DNA of 59,602 nt, counting the filler, from Jimgerdemannia flammicorona (lineage: Eukaryota), in NCBI GenBank assembly GCA_003990765.1. It is 2 parts of 2 records of this genome, joined end to end, with 100 filler letters (N's around TTAATTAATTAA, not from the genome) between each part and the next. Parts side by side here need not be neighbours in the genome. Positions count along the whole stretch, not along the records: positions 1 to 29,772 come from RBNJ01000472.1; 1 more part is not named here. One strand, given 5' to 3'. This document shows positions 12,210-24,446 of the stretch, piece after piece; position 1 is the stretch's first letter, and each line of letters opens with the position of its first letter. A program made the translations under genes and the position numbers. The notes beneath the pieces are model-generated. The model searched no databases. It was not told the DNA's origin and was given only the letters and a program-made list of their open reading frames with translations.

Positions 12210-15200
12210 TATAAAAAACTTTAATAACTATTAAAGATTCTGCAGATGTTGAAATATTTATAATTATTGAAATTTTAGCAGATATTAAAAAGATTTAATA
12301 CTTGCAAAGAATGACTTATAAGAAATATAGTCATAACTTAGCTATCTTATAGTTAGTAAACTTATATAAATATCCCAGTATCTAGAGTGAATAAACCTCA
12401 GATCAAAATAGTTTAAAGTAAAGAGAAAGTAAGAGAATTAATAAGTCTATAAACAGATATACTTTAAACTTACTTATCTCTATATTCTAAAAACTCTGTA
12501 GAGTTAAAGTAGATCAAATTTTTAAAATACAGAAATCTGATATATATAGTTATATATCTGCTATATTACAACTTAGTGCCTATTAACTAGTGATTTAAGA
12601 TGAATCTCTCACTTTCAAGCTAAATAATAAATAACTGCTACTACTTAAATAAATATACAAATTGAATTAAGATATCTAGATAAGATAGATATAAGATTAT
12701 CAGCATTCTACAAATATACTTCAGATAAATTAATTATCATCTTTATTAATAATTTTAAGTAGTATATTACTGTAAAGACTCTGATAGTAAGACAGCAAGT
12801 AGCTCTTATATTCTCTAGTCTCTGAGGCCCTATAAGAGTAGTATTCATAGATATAATCTATATAAAAAAATAATAATAATATTGTGCTGATAGTACAGAA
12901 GACCTGGCTCTGAGTTACCTATTATATAGATAAGATCAAGTAAGCTCTAAAGAATTAGCTCAATATAATATACTAAGAAATGAGTGAGGATCTAAATATA
13001 TTCTATATCAGAATCTGATATTAGATAATTCTTATAGATTATACTAATACTATCTGAGATTAAGTAGCTGAAGTAATCTTTATAAAAAGAATCTACTTAG
13101 AGATAACTATAACCATCTACTCATCACTAGTAGTCCTAGATCTACTATAAAAGATTATCTATATCTAGCAATACTAGATAGTCAGATATCTATAAAATTA
13201 TATAATAAAAAGAGTTACTAGAGTCAGAATTGAAGTACCTAAGATAACTAGTATAATTTCTATTATAATAGTCAATCAGAATATACTATAGCCAAAAGCT
13301 ATAGAATAATAAAAGAATAATAACTCTATAGAGGAATTTACTAAGAGATTTGCTAAAACAACCATTTATCTAGAAGATATAGTAAAGAAAATCAAAGAAA
13401 GAAATCATCATCCAGTTTAAAAGTTTGCTGCTATTTTGGACAAAAAGAAAGATATCTACTATATCTATAGAGAGGAAGATTACTACTTATATAAATATAT
13501 AGATGAGATTAAGTATAAAGTCTAGCCAAGTAATATTACTCAAAATAAGGAACAGGCTAACACTATTACCTTTGAAGAAATTGGAGAGTTAGATGAAGAA
13601 TAGAAGGTCTATCCTACTCAAACTACTAAGAAAAATATTTATAAAAAACCCTATAAGAAATTACCAGGGAGATCTAAGAAAAACCTAATAGAAAAATAGA
13701 TAAAGACTACTATAGAAAACTAAGCTGAAGAAATAGATCAAGATATGAAGTCAGAATTAGTGCTCCCAATGAATCAAATCAAATCAAATTTGGCCCAAAC
13801 TCAATTCAATTCAATTGAATCAAGGGTCCAATTTGATTTGATTCAAATCAAATCAAAGGTCCAATTTGATTCAAAGTTCAATTCAAACCTTAATTTTCAA
13901 AATGTAATAACTCGACGAAAACTCATCCAAATTTAACATATTTTAGCTTGTTAGATTCACCGTATTAATGTGATTCTAACAAGCTAAAGTATGTTAGATT
14001 TGGATGAGTTTACGCTGAGTTATTGCATTTTGAAAATTAGGATTTGAATCAGACCCTCGATTTGAATTGGTTCGAATTGAAAAATCCCCAATTCGATTTG
14101 ACTCATTTAACCCTGATTCAAATTGATTCAACTCATTTGAAAGCACTAGTCAGAATAGACTGTTTAAGATATTATTTGAAAAACTATCTCAATTAGTAAG
14201 AAAGAAAAGGAGAAGAAGCTTTGTAAATTAAAATCTTCAAGTATGATATCTTCAAAGATCTTAGCCAACAAAAGATCAATGTAATCTTCAGCCAACTGAT
14301 AGAAATATATATCCACATTCAGATAGTAAATGAGATTTAAATTGATCAAAATAACTAAGAATTAAGGTTAGAAGATAACTAAGGCCAATAATGTTTAAGA
14401 GAACTTAGAAAAAGAAAGTAAAGACAATTGTAAAACCTTTGTCTATATATAATCTATCAAATTGAAAATAAAATCTTTAAAGTTATTATTAACATCAGAG
14501 TAGGAGGATATCTCCTCAGTAAGAAAGCAGCAAACTACTTAGACTGGGAGATTAAAGAAGTAACTAAGCTAGTATTTATTATAGTAGACAATATATATAA
14601 GAGCTATATCTCTGAGAAATAACTGAGATATTTCTATCAAGTTTGGAGGAGTAATCATTCTAGTAGATATAATTATGACTAATATAACTAATTATAACAT
14701 TCTTATTAGCAATTAATAGCTTTATAAAGTAAGAGCAATAATTGATCTAAATTCTCAAAAGATACAGATTATTTATTATAGACAGAAGATACAAATCTCT
14801 ATTAATATTAATAAAGAAGTTTTATCTGAAATAAAGGAAGAAAAAAGTGAGTAAGAAGAAGCTTATATAGTAACTACTTAGAAAAAGAAGAAAGTCAGAT
14901 AGATCAATAAAGAGAACTAGTATAAGAAGATTATAGAAAGATATATACTATAGAAAGTCTGCCTCCAGAGAATCAATATATACTGTATGAAGTATATTAA
15001 TAATTACTATCAGTGTATCAACAGAATTAAGAATATCTACTATTAAAGAAGACAGAAGACTCTTAAGAAACAGATAAGAGAGAAGAAAGAAGAGAATGAG
15101 AAAGAGAATAATAAACTATCAGTTCTTCTGAAAGATAGTGATAATAAAGAAGAAATTAAGGTCAAGATTTGGAAAATCTATTTTGATACAGTTCTACCAG

Positions 15201-18200
15201 AATATAAGTTAGATAATATAGCCAGAATAGATATTGCCATAGTTAAAAAAACTATACTCAAACTCTAGACAATTATCTTACTTATAACTAATCTGGAAAT
15301 AATCATTCCAAAGAGATTCTCAAGACAAGAAGCAGTCTAGCTAGAAGTGAGATTACTATTGAAAGAGAAGTTATTGATTCAAATTATATTAGAAAAATAT
15401 TACTCATTATTAGAAATTACAACTCTATAATTCTATTTTCAATCAAGAAGAAGAATTGACTGATACAGATATTAATCTTTCTGGTTCTTCAGCTAAAGAT
15501 TACAGAAGTCAAGAAGTTAGAGAAAATAGAAAGAGAAAAAAAAGAATTTAGATCTACTAAAAGAAGAGTATTTGCTAGTATATATCAAAATTACTGAACT
15601 AAATTACAAAAAGGAGAAAACTATAAATAAGTATAGCTGTATCATCAAAAATGAATTTCTACTTAAGAAGAAACTCAAGAAGATACTCTATAAATTTGAG
15701 GATATTTTCGCTATAGATTTCAAAGATATTAAGAGAAAGACTCTATACTATAACTATAATACAAATATAGAAGATATCAAACTAATTTATCAAAAAGTAA
15801 GACCAATTCTATTAATCAACTGTAAATGGCTCAGAGAAGAAATCAAGTAAATAAAAGAAACCAGTATTATTAAAGAAGTCAGTAGTCCTTGGACTTCACT
15901 AGTTATACTAACTTTGAAGAAAGAAAGCAAGCTAAGAGAATTTACTCTAAGACTCTGTACTGATTATAGAAAGCTCAACCTAGTTACCAAGAAGAATTAC
16001 TAATCACTATCACTCATCAGCAATATCTTTATAACTCTGAGAGATAAAGTACAGTATTATAGTATTTGTATTTATATATATTCAGAATTCTATCAAATTG
16101 ATCTTACAGAAGTAGTAAGTGAAAAGTTAGTCTTCATCACTCTAGATAGAACTTATATCTATCTATAAATACTATTTAAAATATATAATATACCAGTAAA
16201 CTTCTAATAAATAATAAATAAAATCTTTCACTATAATATGAAAAGATAGATATATAATAGTTTATATGGATAATATTATTATTTATAGTAAGATATCTGA
16301 AGAATATCTGTAGCATATCTAGCAAATAATAGAAAAGCTAAGAAATCATAGCTTATATATATTAAGTCTAAGAAGTACAAATTTGTAGAAATTAAGATCT
16401 CTTATCTTGATTACATTATTAATCAGAATAGAATACATATAGACTCTCTCAAGATTCAAGCAGTAACAGCATATCCAAGGCCCACTATCATTACTGAAGT
16501 CTAAGCTTTTATAGAATTAGTTTCATACTATTATAGATTTATTAAAAAATTCTCTAATATGTATTATAGATCCTATATTATAGGTCCTATCTATAAACTC
16601 AATAAGAAAGATATCAAATTTCAGTAAACTGACAGATAACAGAAAGTATTCAATAAGCTCAAGATCAGACTGATCTAAGTATCTATCCTCAGAAGATCAG
16701 ATTAGACTCAGGAATTTATTCTATAAACAGATGTAAGTATATAAAAACTAAGAGCAGTTCTGGTCTAAAAAGATAAAGTAAAGTATATCATTATATATCT
16801 CAGCTGAGAGACCTGAGAAGCTAAAAAGAAATATGAATTCTATAAGTTAGAATATCTTATAGTCATCTGGACTATAGAAAAGTTTTACTACTATCTTACT
16901 AGAAGATACTTTATTATCTAGACAGACTACTCAGCTCTTACCTGACTACTGATTATTAGGTAATCTAAAGAAATCTATAACAGATAGATTATGAAGTTGC
17001 AAGCCTATGATATAACTATCATATATTACTCTGAAAGAATTAATATCAATATAGATACTCTCTTACAGAAACTCAAAGGACTTCTAACTAGTAAACTGAT
17101 CAAAAATAAGAAGCTTTACTATGAAATTATCATTTACTTAGAATAGTAAAAGATATCCCAACATCTAGAAGAATAAATATAAATGATTATTAATAGAATA
17201 TAGAAATAATTTAAGATTAATAAAAAAATACTAAAGAAAGAAAAGCTACTAGTCATATCTGAATATAAAAAAGAGTAAGTAATAATATCAGTATATATAT
17301 AAACTTAGCTATCTAAGAGAAACTAATATCTACAATAAAACAAAAAGAATAATATAGTAGTCAGAAATAGAGGAAGATATTAGATAATTTATTAAGGCCT
17401 ATAATAAATACCAAAAATAGAAATAAGACAAATAAAATCAGATTCTAGAATTAGTATATATAGAATCAGTATTTTATATATATATCATAATAAATATAAT
17501 TAGCTCTCTACTCTTGACTTTGACTGATAATCAATATATCATTATCATTATAGACCTTTTTACAAAATAGATAGAAGTAGGATCTCTTAAAGAGGCCAAT
17601 ATATAGTCAATACTAATTTCTTCTATAAAGAAATTATCTGCCAATTCAAGACTCCAATATAAGTAACTATAGATAGAGAAACAAAATTTATAAATCAGTT
17701 CTTTAAGGTTTTCTACAAGAAGTATAAGATTCAGCACATCCAGACTATAGCTTATTACTCTCAGAGAAATGGACAAGTAGAAAAAACAAATAAAACTCTT
17801 AAGAAATATCATACCTAATCAATAAAGTAATATTACAGCCCTCAAGATTATCAGTACTATGTATATAATGAGCTATAGAAAGATAGTAGTATTCTACTAA
17901 GCTACCAACTATGAAAGAATTCTTTAGATAGTATTCAGAGTATAGTACAGATATATTTATCATAAATCTCATATTTTAAGATCTACTAGAATTGGACCAA
18001 GTTTCAGAAATACTTCAAATTAAGATAGCTACTAAATTTGAAGTCAGAAATGAGAAAAGAAGATTGGATTAGAGAATGTTAGCTCTCTTATACTCAGATT
18101 ACCATTGCTAAGAGAATGTATAAGTTATTCAAAAAGAATAAACCAGTCCTAGTCTATCTCTAAGGAGTAGTTTCAGAAGACTTTGGATATATCAGAAGAT

Positions 18201-18791
18201 AATATTAAAAGAATATAATGATATAAATTATATGGTACAAGAAAATTCAACTAATTGAAGCTTGAGAGTTTGAATAGAATATTTTAGAGATAAATTATCT
18301 ATTTAGGTAAAAGTTGTGATAATTGATCTAAATTAGTAATATGAATCAGAAAAATAGACATTTGATCATAGTATTTGAATCTGATTCCCAAATATAATAT
18401 AGCTTTACAAATAGCAATTATTTCAGTAATGTAAAAAACTTTAACAACTGCTAAAAATTCTGCAGATATTAAAATATTTGCAATTATCAAAATCCTAGCA
18501 GATGTTAAAAAGATTCAACACTTACAAAGAGTGACTCACAGGAATTATAGTCATAACTTAGCCATCTTATAGCTAGTAAACTTATATAAATATTCCAATA
18601 TCTAGAATGAATAAACCTCAGATCAAAATAGTTCAAAGCAAAGAGAAAGCAAGAGAACTAGTAAGCCTGCAGGCAGATATACTTCAAACTCACCCACTTC
18701 TGCATCCCAAGGACTCTGCAGAGTCAAAGAAGATTAAGTTTTCAAGATACAGAAATCTGTACTTACACAGTTACGCATCCACTACATTACA
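12210..18791 (+). mobile_element. Heavily mutated Ty3/Gypsy LTR retrotransposon (element 1): LTR-gag-PR-dUTPase-RT-RH-IN-accessory ORF-LTR
   Basis: Direct repeats ~12210-12570 and ~18430-18791 ending TTACA; PBS-like tract after the 5' LTR; decayed motifs collinear with element 2 (dUTPase ~15150-15570, RT DYRKLN and YMDN ~15960-16280, integrase GQVEKTNKTLK ~17770). Confidence 0.88.
13758..14148. mobile_element. Non-autonomous hAT-type MITE (391 bp) inserted in gag of element 1
   Basis: Exact 8-bp TSD GTCAGAAT (13750-13757 and 14149-14156); TIRs TAGTGCT...AGCACTA; subterminal AATCA/AATTC pentamers; internal hairpin. Removing it restores collinearity with element 3 gag. Confidence 0.9.
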
Positions 18792-18859
18792 ATATCATGC
18801 ATAATTGGCCCAGAAGGTGGACCTATATGTTCCCATGGTCACCTTCTGCCAGATTCGGT

Positions 18860-20390
18860 GATGGGAACCCACCGGAACCGACGTAGCTCCAAGCTTTCGT
18901 GACAAGGAACTGCGGAAACTTGGACGGATTATCGTTCGGCGAAACCGATGTTGTGGTGCATGAAAAAGGGCGGAACCGCTGGTACTAATTATGAGGCATA
19001 AAAAGAGAACTCAGAATCAGTCCAAAAAAAAAAAAAAACCCGCACAATATACCTCCTCGCCTCCCTTGGTCCTCCCTTATTCATGAACCCTAAGCTCAGC
19101 CCAAGTTCTGCCACTTCATCGCTGGAAGCTGGTTCCTCCTCAAGCTCAAGAACAAAGAATAAACCCTGTTCCGAATGTCGTCGGGACGAGAGATTGTGCT
19201 TCCATTACAACAGAACCACCACAAAGAAACAAACCTGGCACCGCGTGTACAACATGCAAGAGGATCAAAAAGTCTTGCCGAGGTTATGGAGCTACTTGCT
19301 TTCGCTGTGAACGCCTTGGTATATATACATTGCCAACGCCAGCCAATAGGGGCGGGTTCAGCAGACTCACAACTCGTGTTGATGACCTCGCTAGGAACTG
19401 CTGAGATTGACGTTCATCAACAACAGTTCGAGCAACCTCCTGCATCGGATATCTCGCCGGCCAGCCTTTTTGCGAATGAAACCAGTGAAGCTCATGATTG
19501 CGACCCTTTGACTGCTCCGTGTAACACGGCATTTCCAAACCATGCGCCACCGCCATCGACGCAAACGGGCCGACTGACGAATACGACGGCAATTTTCTAA
19601 GCGGCACCACTTGGAACCTTCCACCCGAGCAATTCGTGGAGTACGAGACGTTTAGAAATACGCCCTGGGAAGACATTTACCTGGAAATCTGGTGATGGTG
19701 CAACCAACATCAGAGGGAAGCGCGGAGGCCATACAACAAACCGAGACCGATGGCATGGGCACGGTTGTGCCCTATTGCTCCGACAACAACCCGGATATCT
19801 TCCGGATTCGGCCAGACGAGTTTGAACCCTTATGGAGTCCGTGCAGAAGTAAACGGCAACCTGATTCGCGAATACCTCGAAGTAGGGCAGTAGGGCGACC
19901 AGCACCCTCCTCGCCTTCGTCCTCGCTCTCATCGCCCTCGTTTTCGTCGTCCTCGCTCTGGTTGTCCTCGCTATCGTCCTCTCCCTCCTCGCTCTCCTCA
20001 CCCTCGGCGCGGGTCGCCAAGCTACTCTTCGAAATTTTGGTTCTTATGTGGCACGGGTCGCGTGCAATGTTAGGTTATAGGATGAATCACGTAGGAGGTA
20101 AAATGATACTTTGATTTTCTGTCGATCATTGTTTTGTGAGAATGCTTCGGCAGACTTCATGTTCAACTTGCACATTTCCGCACTGCGAATAGGCACAATA
20201 TTCGGAGATTCTTTGACCAACCAAGAACGAAGATGAAGGTTCTCGATTCATACGGTAAATAATTGCCGTCCTGTAACTCTTTGGGTTATTCTTATTGAGA
20301 TAAGCGCTTTTTCTGATATACTCTTGAGTGATTAAGTTGGATATGAGGTCGAGACAGTTGAAATGCCACAAATATATCCATATTACAATG
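18860..20390 (+). repeat. Diverged inverted paralogue of segment ~4430-6340
   Basis: Promoter, Zn finger and distal blocks align with the reverse complement of 4430-6340 (e.g. ttttgtgagaatgcttcggc...caacttgcacatt...ctttgacc; ttattgagat..gcgctttt); the central parts differ. Confidence 0.8.
19083..19310 (+). pseudogene. Frameshifted paralogue (copy B) of the Zn2Cys6-like gene
   Basis: RTKNKPCSECRRDERLCFHYNRT, then after a frameshift NKPGTACTTCKRIKKSCRGY, matching copy A RTKSNPCSECRRRKRACFHCNRT...NRPGTACTECKRIKKPCRGF. Confidence 0.7.
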
Positions 20391-20400
20391 GGCCCAAGTG

Positions 20401-20403
<3 letters not shown>

Positions 20404-20478
<75 letters not shown>
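20404..20478. repeat. ~75-nt poly(T) tract
   Basis: Directly visible; similar long tracts at ~1601-1687 and ~22910-22945. Confidence 0.85.
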
Positions 20479-20482
<4 letters not shown>

Positions 20483-22618
20483 GCCGACACCCATATGATG
20501 ATTTGAGACAGTTGTGGTTAGTAATGGCCAATGCCGTCTATCTGAGTTCGACGAAAGCCATCCGAATCACAGGCTGCCGTGACAATTAGTTAAAACGTAG
20601 TACACACAATAACACCTTTCTGCTAACAAGGCATGTGGAATCATCGAACCTTAATCACTCGCAGAGTACATACAGTTTTTTTATCTCGCCTTTCACTTGT
20701 CGATGGATCCCTTCCAGTTTTAAATTCAGCTGGGGGCACTCTTGGAGAGCTTTCTCGAGTTGATCACCGAGCTTGTTGCCGAAGCCCATCATCTTCAGAA
20801 CACCTTCCATATACTGTGAAAATTAATTAATTATCATTTGACCAAACCATACGTAAACTTTGATTGCGGAAACTCGTGACAGTATGAAGAGGTGAATGTC
20901 ATACAAGAACAAAGATTCCACATTACCAACTGGCTTCTTTCGAAGTGATCCGTCAGAACCAGCCGATTGAGATACAAGAACAATTTCCAAGTCCCATCTC
21001 CCCGAAGCAATCCAAAGACAAGTAAAACGATGGCCTGATGTGCAATGGCTGATATTTCGTGGACACGCTTTGATTTTGACAATACCCTGAACGCGGACCG
21101 CTTCTGAAGGTTAACTAGCTCCGATGCGCCGGCTTTTTTTACAGCGTCATATTTCTTGTTTTTCTGTTAAGGAGACATTATGACATCATAAAAACACGTC
21201 ACATAATTACATGGCATACTTGGCGTATACTTAAATGTATGGTGCTGGTACTCAATGTGCGGTACTAGGATTTTGTGACTAATGTGGATTCGGTAGCCAC
21301 TAACATTTGCCACAATAGGGTTGGTCATGTGAATTCCTAGAACCTAAGTTTATCCTCAACGCGCGTCCTACTAAATCTAGCGACTCAGTGGTTTTCAGCG
21401 TGCATGTATGTTTGCATTAAAACTTGTGCCTGGGAAGCGGACTCGTTTAGCATTTTTTTTTTTTAATTTTATTTTATCGACTATCACCATGGACGAATGT
21501 CCACTGATTAAAGAAATTCCATGCTGCGCAAACACGCGTTTTTTTTTTTTTTTTATGACCTTCCAGTTATCACATGCTCAGTGATCCCCTGCCCCTTCTG
21601 CCATTAACTCGTGGCCCCGAGGCGATGGATCAAAAGCGGTGCTTGTATCATCCATCACTTACCGAGGTTACACTAACAGGAACAAGCAGTGGTGGCAAAT
21701 TGCTCCACATACTAGAAAACCTGCAAGGTAAGACGACTTCGGAAGCTATATACGGTATACGTTCAGCAAGCAGCCAGGAATACGACGGTATTGGTATTTT
21801 GGTATTCATTCCGGGATCTGCAGTCGGCAACCTCCATTTCGCTTCCGAGATTTAGCCATTTAAGTCCCTCTCGTAATACATTCGATGAAGAAAATGACCC
21901 CACCCCTCGATATCTATTTGGAGATGTGTTCACACAGCCACCACAATTATCTCTCTTCCGTACGGAGACATCTGTTGTGTTGGCAGAGATCATCGCGTGT
22001 CCAACAGTTGGAACCCATCTTAATCTACAAAGAACCAGTTTGCCAGTAGTTATCGTGGTGCATCTTGTGCATACCTTGCCAAACTCGTTTTCTGCATACC
22101 ATGGCTGTAGTGTGAATTTCCATTCCGCTGTACGCTCGGAACATTCATTCTATTGACTTCATGGCCGCAGGTAATGCTTATTACCAAATATCAAGATAAG
22201 ACCATTCTGAGGAAATGTTTTTAGGGGGTTTCTGTACAAGGAAACTGTACCAAGTTCTGTGTGTTTATCGGCATCCTACAGGGCACATATCGTCCCTTTG
22301 GACCTTTGAGGGTGGGGGGTTGGGGGGGTTGGGGGTGAAAGGTTTAATTGGTCGAAGAAATGGCCTTGCAATGCACGTGCCTGTAATAAAAAACGTCAAA
22401 TCAACTTTCTATGTGGTGTCCAAACAAACAGGTGAAAATTTTCCATGGATTCATGGATTCCCGTGGGACAAACCCATACATGGGGGTCAGCCCCCAGGTA
22501 CCTGGCTCGCTCTCAGTTCCAGGTTTTAAACGACGTGAATTGACTCAGCGAACGCACTTTGATCTCTATTTCGTACTCGCGTTCACCAACATCTTCCCCT
22601 CCCAAAAAACTTCTACTG

Positions 22619-22908
22619 ATGTATGCTTCACTTCCCAACACCGACATATTTGGCACACCGGTCCCGCCGGGATATCGACTAGTCGATGGCCGCGTTTTCA
22701 AGAAATCCGGCAGCCCTGTCTATCCTATGCCGAACGATCAATGCGAGTATGTGCGCCTGAACTCGCAGCATTTCTTGATTCGGTAAGAGTTTTGCAAAAA
22801 GATCCCTTGGGATGTTGTACGGTGGTGCCTGGGCCGAAGCAGATGTTTGGAGACCAACGTCTAAGGGCTTCGTTCGTCTCGAGAGGGTGGATAAAAGCTT
22901 ATCATAAC

Positions 22909-22948
<40 letters not shown>

Positions 22949-24220
22949 AAAATCCACTGCTCGCTATTTTGATACCGACAGCCATTATTTCCAATGGTAA
23001 ATATTACTTAAGTGCTCGCCTAGTTGTGTTCTCCAGTTCTCTTTCTTTGACCTTGAATACCCCGTGGTTTAACGAACCCTTTCTTTCCGTTTCTATTTTG
23101 ATAGCAACTATCGGGCGCCGGTGACCAACGACTTGAAACGGGGAATCAAGGTGCTCGATGCTGGGTGAGCCATTGCAGATCACTATCTCGTCACTGATTT
23201 CGATATCTTGAACAAGCCATTAATCTTTCACACGACGCAATTAGATGCGGCACGGGCATATGGACCACCGTAAGTAGTTTACAACCATCAACTCAACACT
23301 TACTTCAAGTACACAATATATCTTGGTATTGGAGAACAGTGTTGTCCTAACGAAATGCAATCTCCCCCCCCCCCCCACCCCCCAACAGGAACTCGCCAAC
23401 GAATTCCCCAATTCCGAGTTTGTTGGCACCGACATCATTAACAATTTCGCAGACGCAGCCGCGAGCGCGCCGTCCAACTGCACCTTCTTGGAGGCCGATA
23501 CCATCAAGCGATTGCCTTTCGATGACAACACGTTCGACTGGGTGTTCCAGAGGGCTATGATAACAAGCTTCACCGAAAAAACGTGGCCGCTTGCCTTGAA
23601 GGAGCTCGTTCGTGTTGTGAAACCAGGTGGTTACATTGAACTACGTAAGAATTTCGATAATTTTTTATTTTTATTTTATTCTTGGCCATTGTGGGCCCGG
23701 TACCCTCTTGGAGTATTGCTAATGAAACGGTATTCGCTCTACGCAGTTGAAGGCTCCACATTGCGAAATACCAGTCCGGCACTAACCAAGCACATCAAAT
23801 GGCGTACGTACTTGCAGAAATCCTTTGCACGTGATTCTATTTAAAAATTGTGGAAGAGCGCACACTCACATCGTTTACGCAATTCCAGTTCAAGTTCTAC
23901 TAAAATGCCGCGGAGTGAACGAAGATTACATGTCGACCTCGGCCCCACTGACGGCAGCCGGGATCATCGATGTGCAGACCACGGCCCATGTATGGGGGAT
24001 CGGGTGGGGCCCGGAACGGGACATCGCCGAGCCATTCGCGAGGATTTGGGTCGAGCTCGTTTGTGGAACGCGACCACAGATATGCGCTGCGCTGGGGATC
24101 GGAGACTCGGAATACGACCAAACGGTCGATGACATCAGACAGGAGCTCAGCTACGATAACCCCGACAACCGTGCCATCGTGCACGTTTTCTCACACGTCG
24201 GACGCAAGCCCATGGCCTGA
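22619..24220 (+). CDS. Class I SAM-dependent methyltransferase (fungal LaeA/Methyltransf_23/25-like), ~7 exons
   Basis: YPMPNDQCEYVRLNSQHFLIR; motif I KVLDAG|CGTGIW; EFPNSEFVGTDI; LPFDDNTFDWVFQR; ELVRVVKPGGYIELVE; ends VGRKPMA*. True start may lie upstream (ATG ~22479). Confidence 0.88.
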
Positions 24221-24446
24221 GCAGTGGATCCCCTTGCTGGCTGGATCGCAGATCCATAAACTATTGCGTCCTATCGCGTACATATGCATTCAATTCCGAG
24301 CACAAAAACAGACTATCATTGGCGATCATCGTCGAAATTCTTTCTTTTCTTTTTTATTTTATTTTATTTTATTTTTTTTTGGTTAAGTCAAACTGTGTGA
24401 AAAAAAAAGAAATACATAGATTGTATCAACGCGCTCAGATGTAACA

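Noticed and set aside
11680..18400. AT-rich block as endosymbiont (Mollicutes-like) or mitochondrial insertion
   Set aside because: Most of it is collinear with Gypsy element 2 and bounded by LTRs; the AT richness is mutational.
4430..20390. Single giant TIR transposon
   Set aside because: The arms are too diverged, and no TSD or transposase lies inside; kept only as an inverted paralogy finding.
20404..20478. Poly(T) as the retrocopy tail of Zn-cluster copy B
   Set aside because: Wrong strand for a plus-strand transcript, and the promoter is co-duplicated, which indicates DNA-level duplication.
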